Shown: in pieces, positions 40,654 to 54,195 of the stretch
How positions within the stretch are numbered: position 1 is the first letter of the stretch
How the letters are laid out: each line of letters begins with the position of its first letter
NCBI GenBank assembly: GCA_001244265.2
Contig: CDLV01000006.1
Location: forward strand, 2,666,001-2,730,000
DNA length: 64,000 nucleotides
DNA from: Microbotryum violaceum
Taxonomy: Eukaryota
Direction of reading: 5' to 3'
Notes under the pieces: generated by a model
The model's input: the letters and a program-made list of their open reading frames with translations, nothing else
The model's database searches: none
Told to the model about the DNA's origin: nothing
Program-made: the position numbers and the translations under genes

Positions 40654-43600
40654 GCAAGTCGCGCGAGGCGACCAATACCAACAACTAGTAACTAATCATA
40701 TTCGGGGGAATCCAAGTGGGATGAAACAGTAATATACTCTCTAACACTCCCCGTGCTGTCATACCACTGCAACTCGTAAATCCAAGTTTTCCCGATAGAA
40801 TAGGAACGGCTTGGGACCCAAGGCTTTGGTGAAGATGTCGGCAAACATGTTGCCGGTGTCGATGTAGCGGACCTCGATCTCTTTCTCAACAACCCTCTCG
40901 CAAACGTAATGCTCCGAGATACGAACGTGACGAGACCCCTGATGGTCGGTTGGATGTTGTGCAAGAGCGGGTGAACCTTGATTGTCGCCGTACAGCACGA
41001 CTGGGCCGGAGACCGGGGCACCGAGTTCAGCCAGGAGTTCGCTGAGGTGGATGGCATCACCACTTGTGTACAAAAAAGAGAGGTACTCGGCGTATGTGGT
41101 CGACTTGGCCACCCTGTGTTCGCGTTTCGAGCACCAGGCGATTGCGGCTCCGGAGTAGATGAACGCGTAGCCCATGGTTGATCTCGAGGTGGTCAGACAG
41201 ACTCCCCACTTCGCATCCGAGTAGCCATGAAACTCTTTGCTGATCTTGCGGTAGGTGAGACCCAAGTCCAGAGTGCCTTTGATGTAGCAAAGGACCTGCT
41301 TGATTGCTGTCCAATGCGCGGGACCTGGCTGTTGAGAGAAGCGAGCGAGGTAGCTGACCACGAAGGCAAGATTGGGGCGATTCCCGACGGCGGCGTACAT
41401 CAACAAACAATGGCCTGCAAGTAGCGCGTACGGTCCTGAGGAGTGGCAGCCGAGTCCTGGAAGTCAAGGACGACACCCGGCTGCATTGGAATACTTGCGG
41501 GCTTGGCGTCAGCAAACTGGAACGTAGCGAGGATGTCCCGAAGGTAGCGTTCCTGCGAAAGCGTGATGGATCCGTCTTGTCCACGCTTGACTTGGATGCC
41601 TAGGATGTATTCGGCTGGGCCGAGACGTTTGATGCCATAGGCGAGTTCCAACGCGTTGAGCACCCGGTCGATCTCGGCGATTGAGGGCCCTACCAACAGC
41701 AAGTCGTCGACGTACAAGGTGATGTAATGGGATTTTCCGTTGTGTTCTCGGCGGTAGATGCAGATGTCAGACTTGGTAGGGACATAGCCGAGAGACCGCA
41801 GAGTCGAGTCGATCTCGGCGTTCCAAATTGTGCCGGCCTGGCGAAGGCCGTAGATAGATTTGGACAGCTTGAGGATCTTACCAGGCAGGTCAATGCCTTG
41901 AGGGACGCGCATGTAGAGAGGTTTGTCAAGTTTGCCGTGCAGGTACGCCTTGTTGACGTCGGCTTGATGGACGTGATATCCGTTGGCCGCGGCAAGTGCA
42001 ATGATGGCACAAATGGACGTGAATTTGACAACGGGGACGTCGTAGGTCTGTTCGAAGTCAAGGCCGGGACGTAAAGCGCATCCGTGAGCTACGAGTCTGG
42101 CTTTGTGATCGGTGATGTCCCCGTGCTGGTTGCGCTTAGTCCGAAATACCCAACCCGATCGCAAGAGGATCTCGCCTGAGGGGAGCTCGCAGGATTCAAT
42201 TATCTTGAAGACCTTGTAATTGTTGAGAAGCGGATTAAATTCGTCCTGCGCCGGAGCCCGCCAAAGCTCTTCTTGTCCCGATCGAATGACGTTGCCCCAA
42301 TTCGACGGGTCGCGAACCACTGCCAAGTCGTGATCGGCAAAGCCCTCCTTGGTGGCTGCAAAGGCGAGGAGAAGGCTTTTGAAGGAGTCGGTGGGTCCAT
42401 CGGGACCATCTTCTGGCTGTTCTTGCGTGATCAATGTGAGAGCGCGCTTGCGACGAGTCCTCGGGCCTTCGATGATGTTACTAGCGTTGACTTCGCCGTA
42501 CTTCCATGGATCTGGACCAACCTTCGCGACGTCGCCGTATTCCCAAGTCGGCTTGGCTTTGGCGAGTGGGGCGGGAGCCGGAGGTGGTTGCGTCATGTTT
42601 GCGTCCGCGACCGAGGCAGGATCGTCGTCGTCTTCCGATGTAATTGTTTGTGGTGGCGAGGGAGCTTTTCCGACGTGTTCGTTGCCGGTGGTGCGGGAAC
42701 TTCCGCGGGTGCCGGTGCCGGTGCCAATGGAGCCTCGACTGGTGTAGAGTCGACGACCGGCGGCGTAGGTTCGACGATAGACGGACTAGCGCGGCTGTAA
42801 CCCGGGATCGACGGCGGCGCGGCGCGAGCGGGCGGAGGAGAAGGGGAACTCGGTTTCGAGAAAGGACACATCTCGACTCAGGCAGACTCGCAACGAGGAG
42901 GAATTGAGCCGCGCGCCACGCAAAAACCGTTGAAGGCGGTAGAGATGTATTCACCTCCGTTGTCGGAGCGTAGAGTTTTGACTCGGCGCCCAGTGGCGTT
43001 TTCGATCTCCAAAAGCCAGTCCTTGAACGTTTGCAGAGCCTTGCTCTTGGGCCCTACGGGGTAACCTCAGCCCTTGCGCGAGTTGTTGTCGATGAACGTG
43101 ACAAGGTAGCGTTTGTTCGAGGCGGATCCCTCGGGGAACGACAAGACGTCCGAGTGCACCAATGCCAACGGTTCGGTGGCATGCGACGACGATGAAGGGC
43201 AAGGCGAGCGGTGGGCTTTGGAAGCGAGGCACGCGTTGCAAGAGAAGTCTCTACACTCGGAAACACTACAGGACCAATCCAAACCCTTCACCTGGCCAGA
43301 CGCCGCCAGCTTTTTAAGTGTCTGGACGGAAGCATGGCCGTAGCGGCGGTGAATTGTAAATCACGGGAGCCTACTGGACTTGGTGGCTGCGAGAGCGGGT
43401 AGCGCACCTTTGTGGACAGCTTCGACCGAGGCGTTAAGTTTGAACACGCGGGACGCGATGGCCGATGCGGTGGCGATGCAGCCTTGCGCAGTACAAAGCT
43501 CGACGTGACCGTGTTCGATGGTGATTCGGACGCCTTTGCGATTGAATGCCCAGACTGAGATGAGGTTGGCTGGGCTCTCCGGAGCGTAGAGTACATCCTT

Positions 43601-44775
43601 TAGCGTGAACTTTGTGCCGTTGTCCGAGACAAGTCTGATTGAGCCAATCCCCGAGGCATTCACCGTCCCTCCGAGGCCTTGCATGACGTGGGAGGCAGGT
43701 GCGATTGGTCCGTCGAAGAAAGACGAGTCGTTGACGACGTGATACGCTGACGCCGAGTCCAACAGGAGCAAGGCGGGCTGTCCGAGGTTGACAAACGTGG
43801 CAGCGGCGAAGAAAGCCAAATGGTCTTTAGAGAACTCCCCGGTGGCGACGAAGGCGGAGGCGGGAGACACCGATGCGCCCTTGAGTTTCTTCATTGCGTT
43901 CTTGAGCTCGAAGTACTTCGTGCGCTTGGCCGAGTCAGGACACTTGTCCGCCCAATGCTTCCCTTGACCGCAAGCTGGGCAGTCGCTAGGAGCAGGTCCA
44001 GATCGGTCCCATTTCCCCTTCCTGCCAGGTGCTGCGCTCTTTGTCGGAACAACCGCCTTCGCGACGAGGGCTGGGGTAGACTCGTCGTACGAGGTTCGAG
44101 CAACGGCTTCCATGGATGCGAAGATATCCTCTACCTTGGGGAGCTTGTTTTTGTCGGCCTGAAGCGCGTAGAGCGTGGTACGCAAGCCGTTGAACATGGT
44201 GAGGTCCCAGTCGACATAGTTGTTTCCTTTCAGCTTGGAGTCCTCGGGAAAGGCCGCTGGTGCGTTCGGTGGAAGGAGGTGACGGGGCCTCGGGGCCTCT
44301 TCGTCGCGGATTTGCTGGTTCCTGATCAGCTCTTCATATTGCTCTCGTGTGAGAGTGATGGAGCCGATGGCTGAGATGTCGATGTTTTGGCGTTGGGTCG
44401 ATGTCGATGACGGAGGGGGAGTTGATACCCTGTCACCGGGCCCGGTTATCGTGTTAACGTCCGCCGCTGGTAGGTCGGCTGGGCTCATAACCTTTCAGAA
44501 CCCTGAAGCCCAGGCATGAGATACGTAAGTATGAGAGCCAAAATGATAGCAAAGATAGTTGATTTGCATAGAAACTAACCTGAAGCCCAGGCCCGAGTTA
44601 CGTAAGTATGAGAGCCAAAGATGATAGTAAAAATGGTTGGAGAAAGAAGAGAAGGGCTACGGAAGCGCGCGCGAGGCAGGCTCGAGGCGCGCGCTGAGGC
44701 GACCAATACCAACAACTAGTAACTAATCGTATTCGGGAATCCAAGTGGGATGAAACAGTAATATACTCTCTGACA
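40654..44775 (-). mobile_element. Second Copia element related to element 1, internally deleted, with a truncated 3' LTR
   Basis: 5' LTR 44493-44775 with an internal duplication of about 75 bp. PBS GGTTATGAGCCC at 44492-44481. gag [28 protein letters not shown], RNase [11 protein letters not shown]. Deletions in gag (~44190) and the integrase core (~42915). Partial 3' LTR at 40654-40745. Confidence 0.95.
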
Positions 44776-46030
44776 AGGTACGTGTAATCCCCGTTGGCGG
44801 CGATGAAGTATTGTTCGCACACAGCCTGCGCTCCGTTGGCGGTGACAAACGAGTTTTTGGCAAAGTTGACGCAATATCCTTTCAGGAGCACGTCCGAATT
44901 CGTTTGACCGATGGTCTTGACTAAGTTCTGGTCAAGGGGACCATTCTGGCCGGTGCACATGGAACCGGTTCCGGGATAGTAGACGACTGTAATGAGGGAA
45001 CACAACGCCGGTCTCTGGTTAGGATCACATCTTCCAGACGCTCAGATTTCGATACGCACCTTAAGCTTGGTAATGGTTGACGTAGCACAGTGTACCGTTG
45101 CCGTTTGCCGGTGTATAAAGCTTGAAAGGTTGTTGATTGGCCAAAAAGGGCTTGGCTAGGCCATAATTCCGGTATATGGAGTAAGGATTTTCCGCGTAGC
45201 ATGTGTTGTTGTACAATGTGTAGCCGGTCAAGCAGGTCAAGGTCGTGGTGCTGTTGCAGGTCACGGCGTTCGGATCGGTGCAAGGCAGGCATTGTTTGGC
45301 TGGAAAGCACCGGAGCGGACGATACGATCGAGATTAGCCATTGAGACCATGTGACAAGATTGGGTGGTAGAAAGATGAAGCGCAATGACTCACCATCTGG
45401 GCTGAGGTAAGTCCCCGGAGTCTTGCTGCAGTCCACGGCTGCGCACCTGCTCAGTGGAGGTCATAAATAGGGGCTCAAAGTCAGCCCAATCGCTCGCAAC
45501 AGTGGCCCCAGTACCAAGGCTGAGCGCGAGCGGCATGCACCATCCACTTGCGTTTCGAGTTCGGCACACCGTACGAGCACATCAGAGGCTCTGATCGACT
45601 GTACGTTGTCGCGTTCGTGTAGAGTGAAGAACACTACACGCAGGCGTTGTCTACGGAGAACAAGAATGCCGAGATTAAAGCGATGAGCATGCAATGGCAC
45701 AGGCACTGTCCCTGATCCACACCCAGAGTTCATTTGTTCATGAAATGCGAAAAGAAGCAGCCTGAAGCTGAAATGAGGAAGATCGGGCTCAAAGCACGAG
45801 GCAGGAAGGCCACGCCCAGGGCAAGGAGCGTTCAAGGCCAGCCTGCCAGGGACGACGCGAGAATTCCGAAGAGGAGCGATCCTACTCACTGATGGCGATC
45901 TCGTTGGTGTGGCAGGCGATGCGATTTTCGAGCTCATAGGTAGCCTTGTTCAAGAAGGGGCGGCGATTGAGAGGGTCGATTAGAAGATGAGCAAGGTCGC
46001 GGCAACGAGGCTGGAGCGCGCGAAAACCAT
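44776..46030 (-). pseudogene. Secreted cysteine-repeat protein pseudogene, truncated by Copia element 2
   Basis: Signal-peptide-like start MVFARSSLVAATLLIF*STLSIAAPS* with stops at 45982-45980 and 45952-45950. Later exons CLPCTDPNAVTCNSTTTLTCLTGYTLYNNTC and CTGQNG...CVNF...CEQYFIAANGDYTYL run directly into the LTR. Confidence 0.7.
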
Positions 46031-46853
46031 TCCGACTGGACTGGATGGGATTGTGTGGGGGAGGGCCGAGAGGAGCAAGTGCGCCCGGTGTGCTAAGAAG
46101 TATTCGAACGATGGAGATGGTATAGGAAAGAAAATGAGAAGACATTCTGTCGGGACGGGAGGGCATTCACCCTCCTGCACCTCATTCCTCGCCAGGGGGT
46201 GATATTTGGAGCGTTTTGCGAGCGTCGCCGAAGTCTCTAAGGAACGGCCAGTCGGGCACGAGTCGAGGCAGTCGGGCGCGAGTTGGCACACAGTCGGATT
46301 TTTAGCCGTTCCGACTGCAGTTCGGGGATTTTTGACCTCGACTTGCCGTTTCTTGAAGTTTGATGCCTGGACAGCGCACGCAACACCAGGCGAATCGACG
46401 CGCGCGCCTTCGATCGGATGACTTTCGAGCACGTAAAACACCTTTTGATAATGTTTCGAGGCACATGTGAGAATTTGACATTTTGGAGCCAAAAGAGGGT
46501 GTAAAAGTTAGACAAAAATTCAGAAAAGGGCCTTACTTATTCCACATGGGCCACTGACATGGGCTGTCTGTCCTGACTCAGCCGACTCGGTTTAATACTG
46601 GTTTAATCCCAGGCCTTATAGGACCCCCGAAAGCCCAGCCAGAGGCGGCCCGCAAATTTGGACATTTTTGGCTCAAAATGGGTCGAGGCTCACCCCATTT
46701 ATGGACATTTTCCTCCCTCCGGTCAAACTTTGAAGCGCAGACCAGGGTAGCGGGAGGCTGGAGGCGCGGGGCATATATAGCCGGCACAGCTGCGCGCGGG
46801 TAACAGTCGCGCTGTTTGCGATTTGAGCGCGTTGGTAAGTGCTGCATTTGCGA

Positions 46854-48501
46854 TCAATCATGAGATCCTAATGGGAGGACATGTTGTACGACGTTGCTTT
46901 GCGCCAGTACTTCTCCGGGTAGAATGACGGCCACCTGGTCTTGGGCCGGTAAGTTGTAGGTTCTCGGATCTCGATTGCGCGGTACAAGTAAACGCAGCTG
47001 GTACATGTGAGACGCATCACTGTCCATGAATCCTTGTGCTGCCAAGAACAGTTTGACGCGCCTGTTGTAATGTCGTAGCATGCCGTCGAGTAGAGGAACA
47101 ATCTGCGGATCGATACGCTGAGTCCAGACGCCGTACTTCTTCATGCGGTCCGTTATATCTTTGTCGGGCTTCAATGCGTTCCGTCGGAGCCAGGAATAGA
47201 ATCTGAACAAAGGCGTCGTTTGCTGGGGCGGATGCCGATACCGTGAAATACCATTCCGCTCAGACAGAAAGATGGTGGCCCGGAGCCGCTGATGATGATG
47301 ATGCCATGGCCTTGGCTCGTGCCGAATGATGCCATAGCAAGGTTTTCATTGAATGCAAGAATGCGCTCCTGGAAGATCTTCTAACTGCTTCACGGATAGT
47401 CAGCAAGGCCGTTAGTCCGCTGTACTTAATCTAGCAGGTTGAACGAATCGACGTGTACTAATCTGGGCCATCGCCAGTCAGAAGCCCGAGCAAATCGGAC
47501 TTTGCAACGTCATTGGTCCAAGATCGTGCCGGCGAAAGGGCCTTTCTGGCAACGGTAGCAGCGCAGTTGGGACGGTCTGGCTCAATCGCTCTCTCGCGCG
47601 TTGATGTCGTGGACGCTGCTCCGCGGGTCGTCGATCGACGACAGTAGTGGCTGAAGTCACAGTTGCGTCTTTACTTGAACCCGCGTCGCGAGAGACGTGT
47701 GGAACTGCTTCAAAGCGTGGACGAACGAATCTCAAGCCTGGAGGTAAAGGATTGCGGGCCCGTCGCACTTGCCGTGCGACATTGAGACTGCCTGCTCAGC
47801 TACCGGTGCAGATCGACTTGACGATCCATTTTGCGCGACGTCGTTGCCGCTAAGCTTCGGATCTGCGAGTGTTCGAGGTTGTTGGCGGCGGCGACTGTGC
47901 GATTACTGTGCGATTAGAGCAGAAGTCGGGTTGTGCGGAGGAGGAACGCGAGCACCCTCACGGGCGGCGCGCTCAGCTCGCTCACGTTGCCGACGTCTCT
48001 GCTGCCCCTGTGCTCTCCGTGAAGATTGTCGCACAGGAGACGGGACGTGAAAGTTTGCAGACGACTTTTCGGCAGTGGCAGTGGCAGGAACAGGAAGATT
48101 GAAGGAACTACGCTATGATGTGGTAGACATGCAAAATAGGTCGTCTCAGTAGGTCTCATTGGCAGTAGGGTTCAGTCTGCTTCGGGCTTGAAGCAGAGAG
48201 TCATGTGCCAGGCTGCATTGAAAAAAAAATGGACCCTAGGCGAACGTGGGCGAACCGGCCTGTGGCTTGACCCATTCTGAAACAGCGCTAGCTAGCTGAG
48301 ACGCGCTGGACCGGGAGCTGTGGCTGTACCGAAACTATTATGACGTCACGCCACATGATTTGTCTTCCGTTCTTTGTCTGTTGGTTTGTCTGAGTACCTA
48401 GTTTGTCTCCCGTTCTCTCGCGTTCTTTGACGTTCTTTGGCTCGACAGTTGATATTAGTAGTTTGGTTGGTCTGTAGATAAATAGATTGTAGATAGATAG
48501 A
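46854..48501 (-). mobile_element. Helitron 5' portion, truncated
   Basis: A|TCTATCTATCTAC 5' terminus at 48501. Degenerate RepHel N-terminal motifs on the same strand: RHDLGPMT..PIC and L..ML..YN..V..F...DPRTYNLPAQDQVAVILPG. No Rep core, helicase or 3' CTAG hairpin seen. Confidence 0.75.
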
Positions 48502-51500
48502 TGAGACACAGTCGACCTTGCACTCCAAATTAAAGTCTGACATACCCAGACTCGGAGCTTTCTATGCATTTGAAAGGGTGGGGGCAGTGAGACTTCACCG
48601 CCACTTGCTAGCAGCCCCGGCGTCCCGAGCCGACTGCCAAATACCAGGGTTTCCTAAGCTTTTTCATTCACAAGAACCCGGGCAATCGATCTGTTGAGCT
48701 CGTTCATTTGCCTTGCACTGTCGGCAATTCACGAAGCGGTACCTACCAAACGCAGAGGAAGCTCTGTCTGGTGTGGGTCGCGGGAGGAGGCTGTCAGCAG
48801 GATGGCCGCATGAGACCGGACGGTCGTTAGAGTAGTGCTAGCGCGGTTGCGATTGCTGAGACTCGAGCGATGGTGTCCCCCGGTGCCGAACACAATTTAG
48901 GCAGGGCATGGTATAGCAAAGCGGAGGATCAAAAGGTGATATGAAAATATAGGGCATGAGAGATGAGTAAGGGCCGCTGAAAGACCTAAAGCGAGAGACG
49001 AGAGACAGGGTGAGAGCTGCGGAGCGCAGAGACAGGGCAAGAGTCGTGAATGATGGCGAGAACGAGAATGAGATGCCCAGACTGGAGACTGGAGACTGGA
49101 GAGCGATGCCGAACGAGACTTCAAACACAAAGAAAGTGATCCAGAGAAGATGCTCTATGATCGTAGACGTAGTTCTAAGACCATGAAGCAAATTCCTCCG
49201 AGACGCCTGCTGGAATAAACCGGCGTCCGTCCGCCTCATCGCTCCCTTCGCTCCCCTTCACCGCCTCCATCGGCTCACTAAGCCGCTTTCCTTCTGATCG
49301 ACTCATTGATCCGCCCATCTCTCATTTCCTTCATCCCGTCCGTCCGTTCGGCCTGTCCTTCCGCATGCACCTCCGCCCTTTTCTCGCCGTTGACCGAGAC
49401 ACCGAGGCGCAAAGAGAGAGGAGCGCGCTTATGATTTACGTGCACAAACCTCCCTCAGGCTGCCTTCGCCGCTTCTGCGCCCATCCGGCGCGGCGCCTCG
49501 CCATGCTTTCCAAACGTAGAGGTCCTTTCATGGTAGTTTTTGAGACACCGAAGCCATGCGGTGTCTATAAGTGCCCCTCGATAGGATGTTGCTGCTGCCA
49601 CCGTGCGATAACGCCGCTGCCGCCGTCCGTGTGACCTTGCCGATCGTTGCCTCGTCGATACCCTGTCTTCAAACGCTTAAGTAGGTAGGTACGGTCACCG
49701 ATGCTCCCATAACCGCTATCGATGGTTACAATCTCATGAGATGACGACAACGGCGGGATCCCGTGTAGCACAATAGCGCGTGGCAATACATGATAACCCG
49801 AAACAGCCGACACACACCCATCTAAAGACACACACACACCCCCCCTGAAACAAAGAGCGTCCCGGGATAATCTTGCATCTGACGACTCTAAGCTACCCTG
49901 AACCGCCTTGAACGGCAACCCGGAAGGCCAAGCTGACCAGGTCAGCGTACGCAATCCAACAAGTTCTCTCTCTTCTCGTCTCTCCCTATCCTTCTCTCTT
50001 CTTCCCCCATCCTGTTTTCATCAACAAGAGGACTCCCGTTTTCCAATTGTTCTGCTCGACTGCCATCATCGCCATAGTCCACGCTGCCTGGGCTTCAGCC
50101 AGCCCCTTCAGAGGAGACGATGGCCTCGTCGTGTCACCTAAGGGTGAGTTGATCGCCGTTATTGACGCTCGCGGCTGTCCAGGAGCGTTGCAGTCACCTG
50201 ACTCTTGAGGTAATTTCCATACACTGCCCCTTATTTGAACCCTTCGATCATCTTGTTTTGACCTGCATGTGAGTTCGCGTAAAACTTTGTGATGATACTA
50301 CTGCTTGCGGGAACGCTTGGATCTGACCTCTCCTCGTACATGCGTTGTCGTATAGCCGTATCACTCTCGTAGTGGTGACCCGCGACATAGTTCGCCGTGT
50401 TAAAAAAAGCAACTGCTACACTCAATGCCACAAGCCATGGTCTGACGCTTTTGGGTCAGTCTACGTTAGCAAGCCGTTTTCTTGTGCTTGATCAGGGGCC
50501 ACACCTGGCCGCAAGCTTATTGACGACTAACCGCTGGAAACATTCTGCGTCTTCTTCCTGCAGGGCAGTCGCGGCACATGAATGGTGCGCAACGAGCCTC
50601 GCATGTCCAAATGGCACATCGAGCTATCCAGAGAACGAACCAACCATTCCTTCAGCTGCGGTGTTGTATATTTGGAGAACGGAGAACGTCCTTCCCCAGA
50701 AGTTGGGAAAATCTTAAACCTCACGGTCAGTTCAAGTTGGCAACCTCAAAGTGAATTTTGTCGGCGCCCCGTCCCGGCGTTCTCCGCTCTGGGTGTCTCA
50801 TAATTCCTTCGACCCCGCTGCTTGTCCAACGATGACTCTGATCTCGTGTATTGACAATGTTGGCTTACGTCACGCCATACTTCTCAGGTACCAGATTGCC
50901 TGCCGTTTTGTATCATGGTCTGGCAAAGCTGGTTCGGCGACCCCAAGCACCATCCGTGAGTCCAAACAACTTGAACGTCTCGAGGGTAGCCTGCTTGTAA
51001 CGTTTAACCGTTGACCGTTCCGATCTGACGCCTACTGGCACTGGGTCGTTTCAGCGGCTGCACGACGCACGGCATTGACTCATTCAAGACGGCACAGCTC
51101 TTTTGCGCCAATACTTACTGCAAGAAAAAACCCTCAACGCACAAAGGACCAAAGCACCCGATACATGTGAGCTCACGTTCTGTCTTCAGCGCCTCGCCGG
51201 CCGGCATGAGCTCGGAAGATTCTGATGCAACATCTCCACACTCCGCCCCGCGACCTGAGCCGTCCTACAGCATTAGTCAGACAAGCCATCCCGGCCCATC
51301 GCATATAGCTCACGTCTTGAACATTCCGCCCTTTGTGAAGACCAAGACGAGGGGACGGTTGCCTGAGCGGCGGCGACGTCGAGGTCAACTCCAACCCCAC
51401 CGGCAGTTTTTTTTTTGGCGCCACTTGAAACTCTGCATTGTCTAAAGACTTTTTCCGTACCCATCATCTCGTTATATAGCTCCTTAGTTTGCTCATGGTA

Positions 51501-54195
51501 CATATCAAATCCCACGCCATGTAGCATCCCGCGTCTTTCCGTTCTATGATCATGTTCGTGCTTGAGCGAAGATGGGTCTGTGAATCTAGAGTCCGGTGTG
51601 CCATATAACGTCCGAGAAAAGGAAATGTTTCGTAGTAGCGGGATGCCGATGTTGTAGAGGCCGCATCGGAAAGTAGCCTGAAACGACGCGCGCCACGCGG
51701 CGTCTCGTTGAAGTGACAGCGAAGTCCCAAGGGGACGACAGCGGCTTGGGTCGTCGAAGTGATGAAAGCAAGGGTGAGGGCGAGGGCGAGGGCGAGGGCG
51801 GTTTTGAACTGAGCGTTTGAGAGGGACCAGGGTTGGCGTGGACGTGGAAGAGGAAGAAAGAGAAAGGAACTATTTGGTGGTCTATAAATCGAATCATTCA
51901 GAACCACCGGCCTCAGTTTCGATCGTTCTCAATATCTTGGCCCTCGCCCGCCGCTCGCTCCGACGACCACTGGGATCCCGCGCCGTCCTTTCTGGTCGTC
52001 TGATCGATTCGCCGAACCAAATAGGAGATCCGATTCGCATGAGATCGGCGTTGGAGATCGATAGAGGATTGTGGCGATGGCGATGGCGATGGCGATCGGA
52101 AAAGCGATAGAAGGATAAGGATCGACTGACTCTGGCTTTAACTAGCTGTCAGTTACATCTCGAGCGATCGACGCAGTCATAGCTGCCCCGGTAGCATACA
52201 ACACAATATCAGGAACGCGTGGCAATGAAGATACACGTGAGCTGAGGACCAGGTCCAGCAGCAAGGCGGATTTTACAAGTCGTTCAGAAACGCTTCGCAG
52301 GGTAGGTAATGTGACCTTACCTTAGTCCTCCGGTGTCGGGTTGAGGGTGATGAGGCTGAACTCGAGCGAGTTTGACAACTCGATGATCTCCTTCACCCTC
52401 ACGGCGGTGTCCTATCACCACACCAACGATATTCAGCAAAAAGCTGATATGCTTATGATCGAAACAAGCTTGAAAATATACCTGTAGCAGATTCCTGGTG
52501 ATCTTGCCTAGATTTATAGGCGAGTTCCTATGATGGATTTGGGACGCTATGTATCTCGCACCGAATGACACTTCAGTCAGAACCGTTGCGAGAGCGAACG
52601 GAGGAGAGACTAAGAAGTCAAGTGTCACCCAGGCTCACTAACATACTAACAGGCTAATTACTTGTAATAAGGCCAGGGCCGGATTTATGAAGCAAAAATA
52701 TCTTCTGTTTAGCATATCGGAAATAGAATCAGGAGTTCAAACCTAATCAGAATAGAAACTCTTCAAAATCTTAACCACTAATTGTGACAGTTCCTTCCTC
52801 CGTCGAGTTCGATGAGGTTGCCTTGTGTTCGACAAAGGTGCAGAAATGCAGATCGACTTGAGTGTCGAGGTCGGGGTTCGGTGGTGGAAGATTCGTTGTG
52901 GGAAGAGATAGTAATATGATGTTGTAGAGCAGGATCGGATTACTGGAAGGACTTGAAGCCGTTTGACCGCTCGAAGCAGTTTCGGTGTGCACCCACCCGC
53001 TCGAGCTCGTCGGTCGCGGTCAATATCGATCAAGAGCTGGGCTCGTTCAAGTGTAAGCTCGACGCCCCTCCCTTTGGGAGGGGCTTGTGAGTTATCGGCG
53101 CGTTTGGCCCAGTTGCCCTCCGAAATTTTGGCCCTGAAAAGTGCCCCCTTGCTGTAGCATGGCATATATTGGTGCTATCTGAAAACTGGAGGGATACGTC
53201 TTTACTTCATCTCTATTGATGAGGCTTCACCGAAGCTTGAAGTCTAGGAACGCTTGATCATCTCGCTACAGCAGCTTGAATCAAGTGATTCCGAACGAGA
53301 CGCAGGTCGGCGGACGGACCAGTCGTAGTCCAGTCCGAGGCTCGCCGATGATGAGAGCGCCAACTACACGATGCGCTCGGACCATCTGTGGCCCGATCGA
53401 CCGAAATCGCAGACTTCGGATCGCTGTAGCTCCACCCACAGCTTATGAAAGCTCTCGTCACTTGGGGTATGTCATTTTTAGAGCATAAAGAAAATAGGGT
53501 CCCTCACTTTTGCATGAATGTAAGTATTTGCCAAGTTACAGAAAACCACCCCAAAATGGCCATGAAATTTCGGAGGGCATCTGGGCCAAGCGCGCCGATA
53601 ACTCGCAAGCCCCTCCCAGAGGGAGGGCTTAGTTGAGCTTAGTTCAAGTGGGGTCTGAGATTTCGGATGGGATAGGGCCCGGCGCCTCTGGTCTGCTCTG
53701 TCCCCGACCCCCACCCAGTCTTTGTGGACTTTGTATGCCCGGCCGTGTCTCGTTCGGAACGTCGACTTGTCGAACTACGAGTCCTCTTCTTTCACTCGAT
53801 CTGGAAGCTCTGTCGCCGTCGTCGATTCTCGTCGGATCTTTTGGAACCGATCACCGAAACGGAGTTCGAGGGGCTTCGAGCCTCTATCCAGGAGTCCAAG
53901 GGTCGCCTAGTGTCTCTGTAAGACACCAAAGGGGGTTTTAGTGGGTATGTTTGATCCTGGTTCAGGGTCAATGAGTCCTACACTACTGGCTTCTGCCAGT
54001 GTGCGTAACAGCATTCCCTCCGACTTTTCCGAAGATTTCTAGGTATTAATATAATTATGCTGTTAATGAAGTCTATCAAATAAATAAAAAAGAGTCCATT
54101 TCAGTTTGACTCGCGCGACACGCCACCGACCGCGGTCGTGGCACCCAATCACTGGCACTCTATACTCTACAAAGGTGTCTACAAAGGTGTTCAAA

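Noticed and set aside
46544-46564. ACATGGGC direct repeat around CACTG as an excision footprint or CACTA end
   Set aside because: No matching terminal inverted repeat found; compatible with chance.
48240-48296. Helitron 3' end (hairpin plus CTAG) on the plus strand
   Set aside because: The hairpin is weak and the orientation conflicts with the minus-strand 5' terminus and RepHel fragments.
49560-49850. Possible LTR after a G-run polypurine tract on the minus strand
   Set aside because: No second copy, TSD or retroviral domain nearby.
51173-51907. Secreted-protein gene (FKTALALALALTLAF...)
   Set aside because: No proper start codon, the hydrophobic run comes from a GGGCGA microsatellite, and downstream frames are broken.
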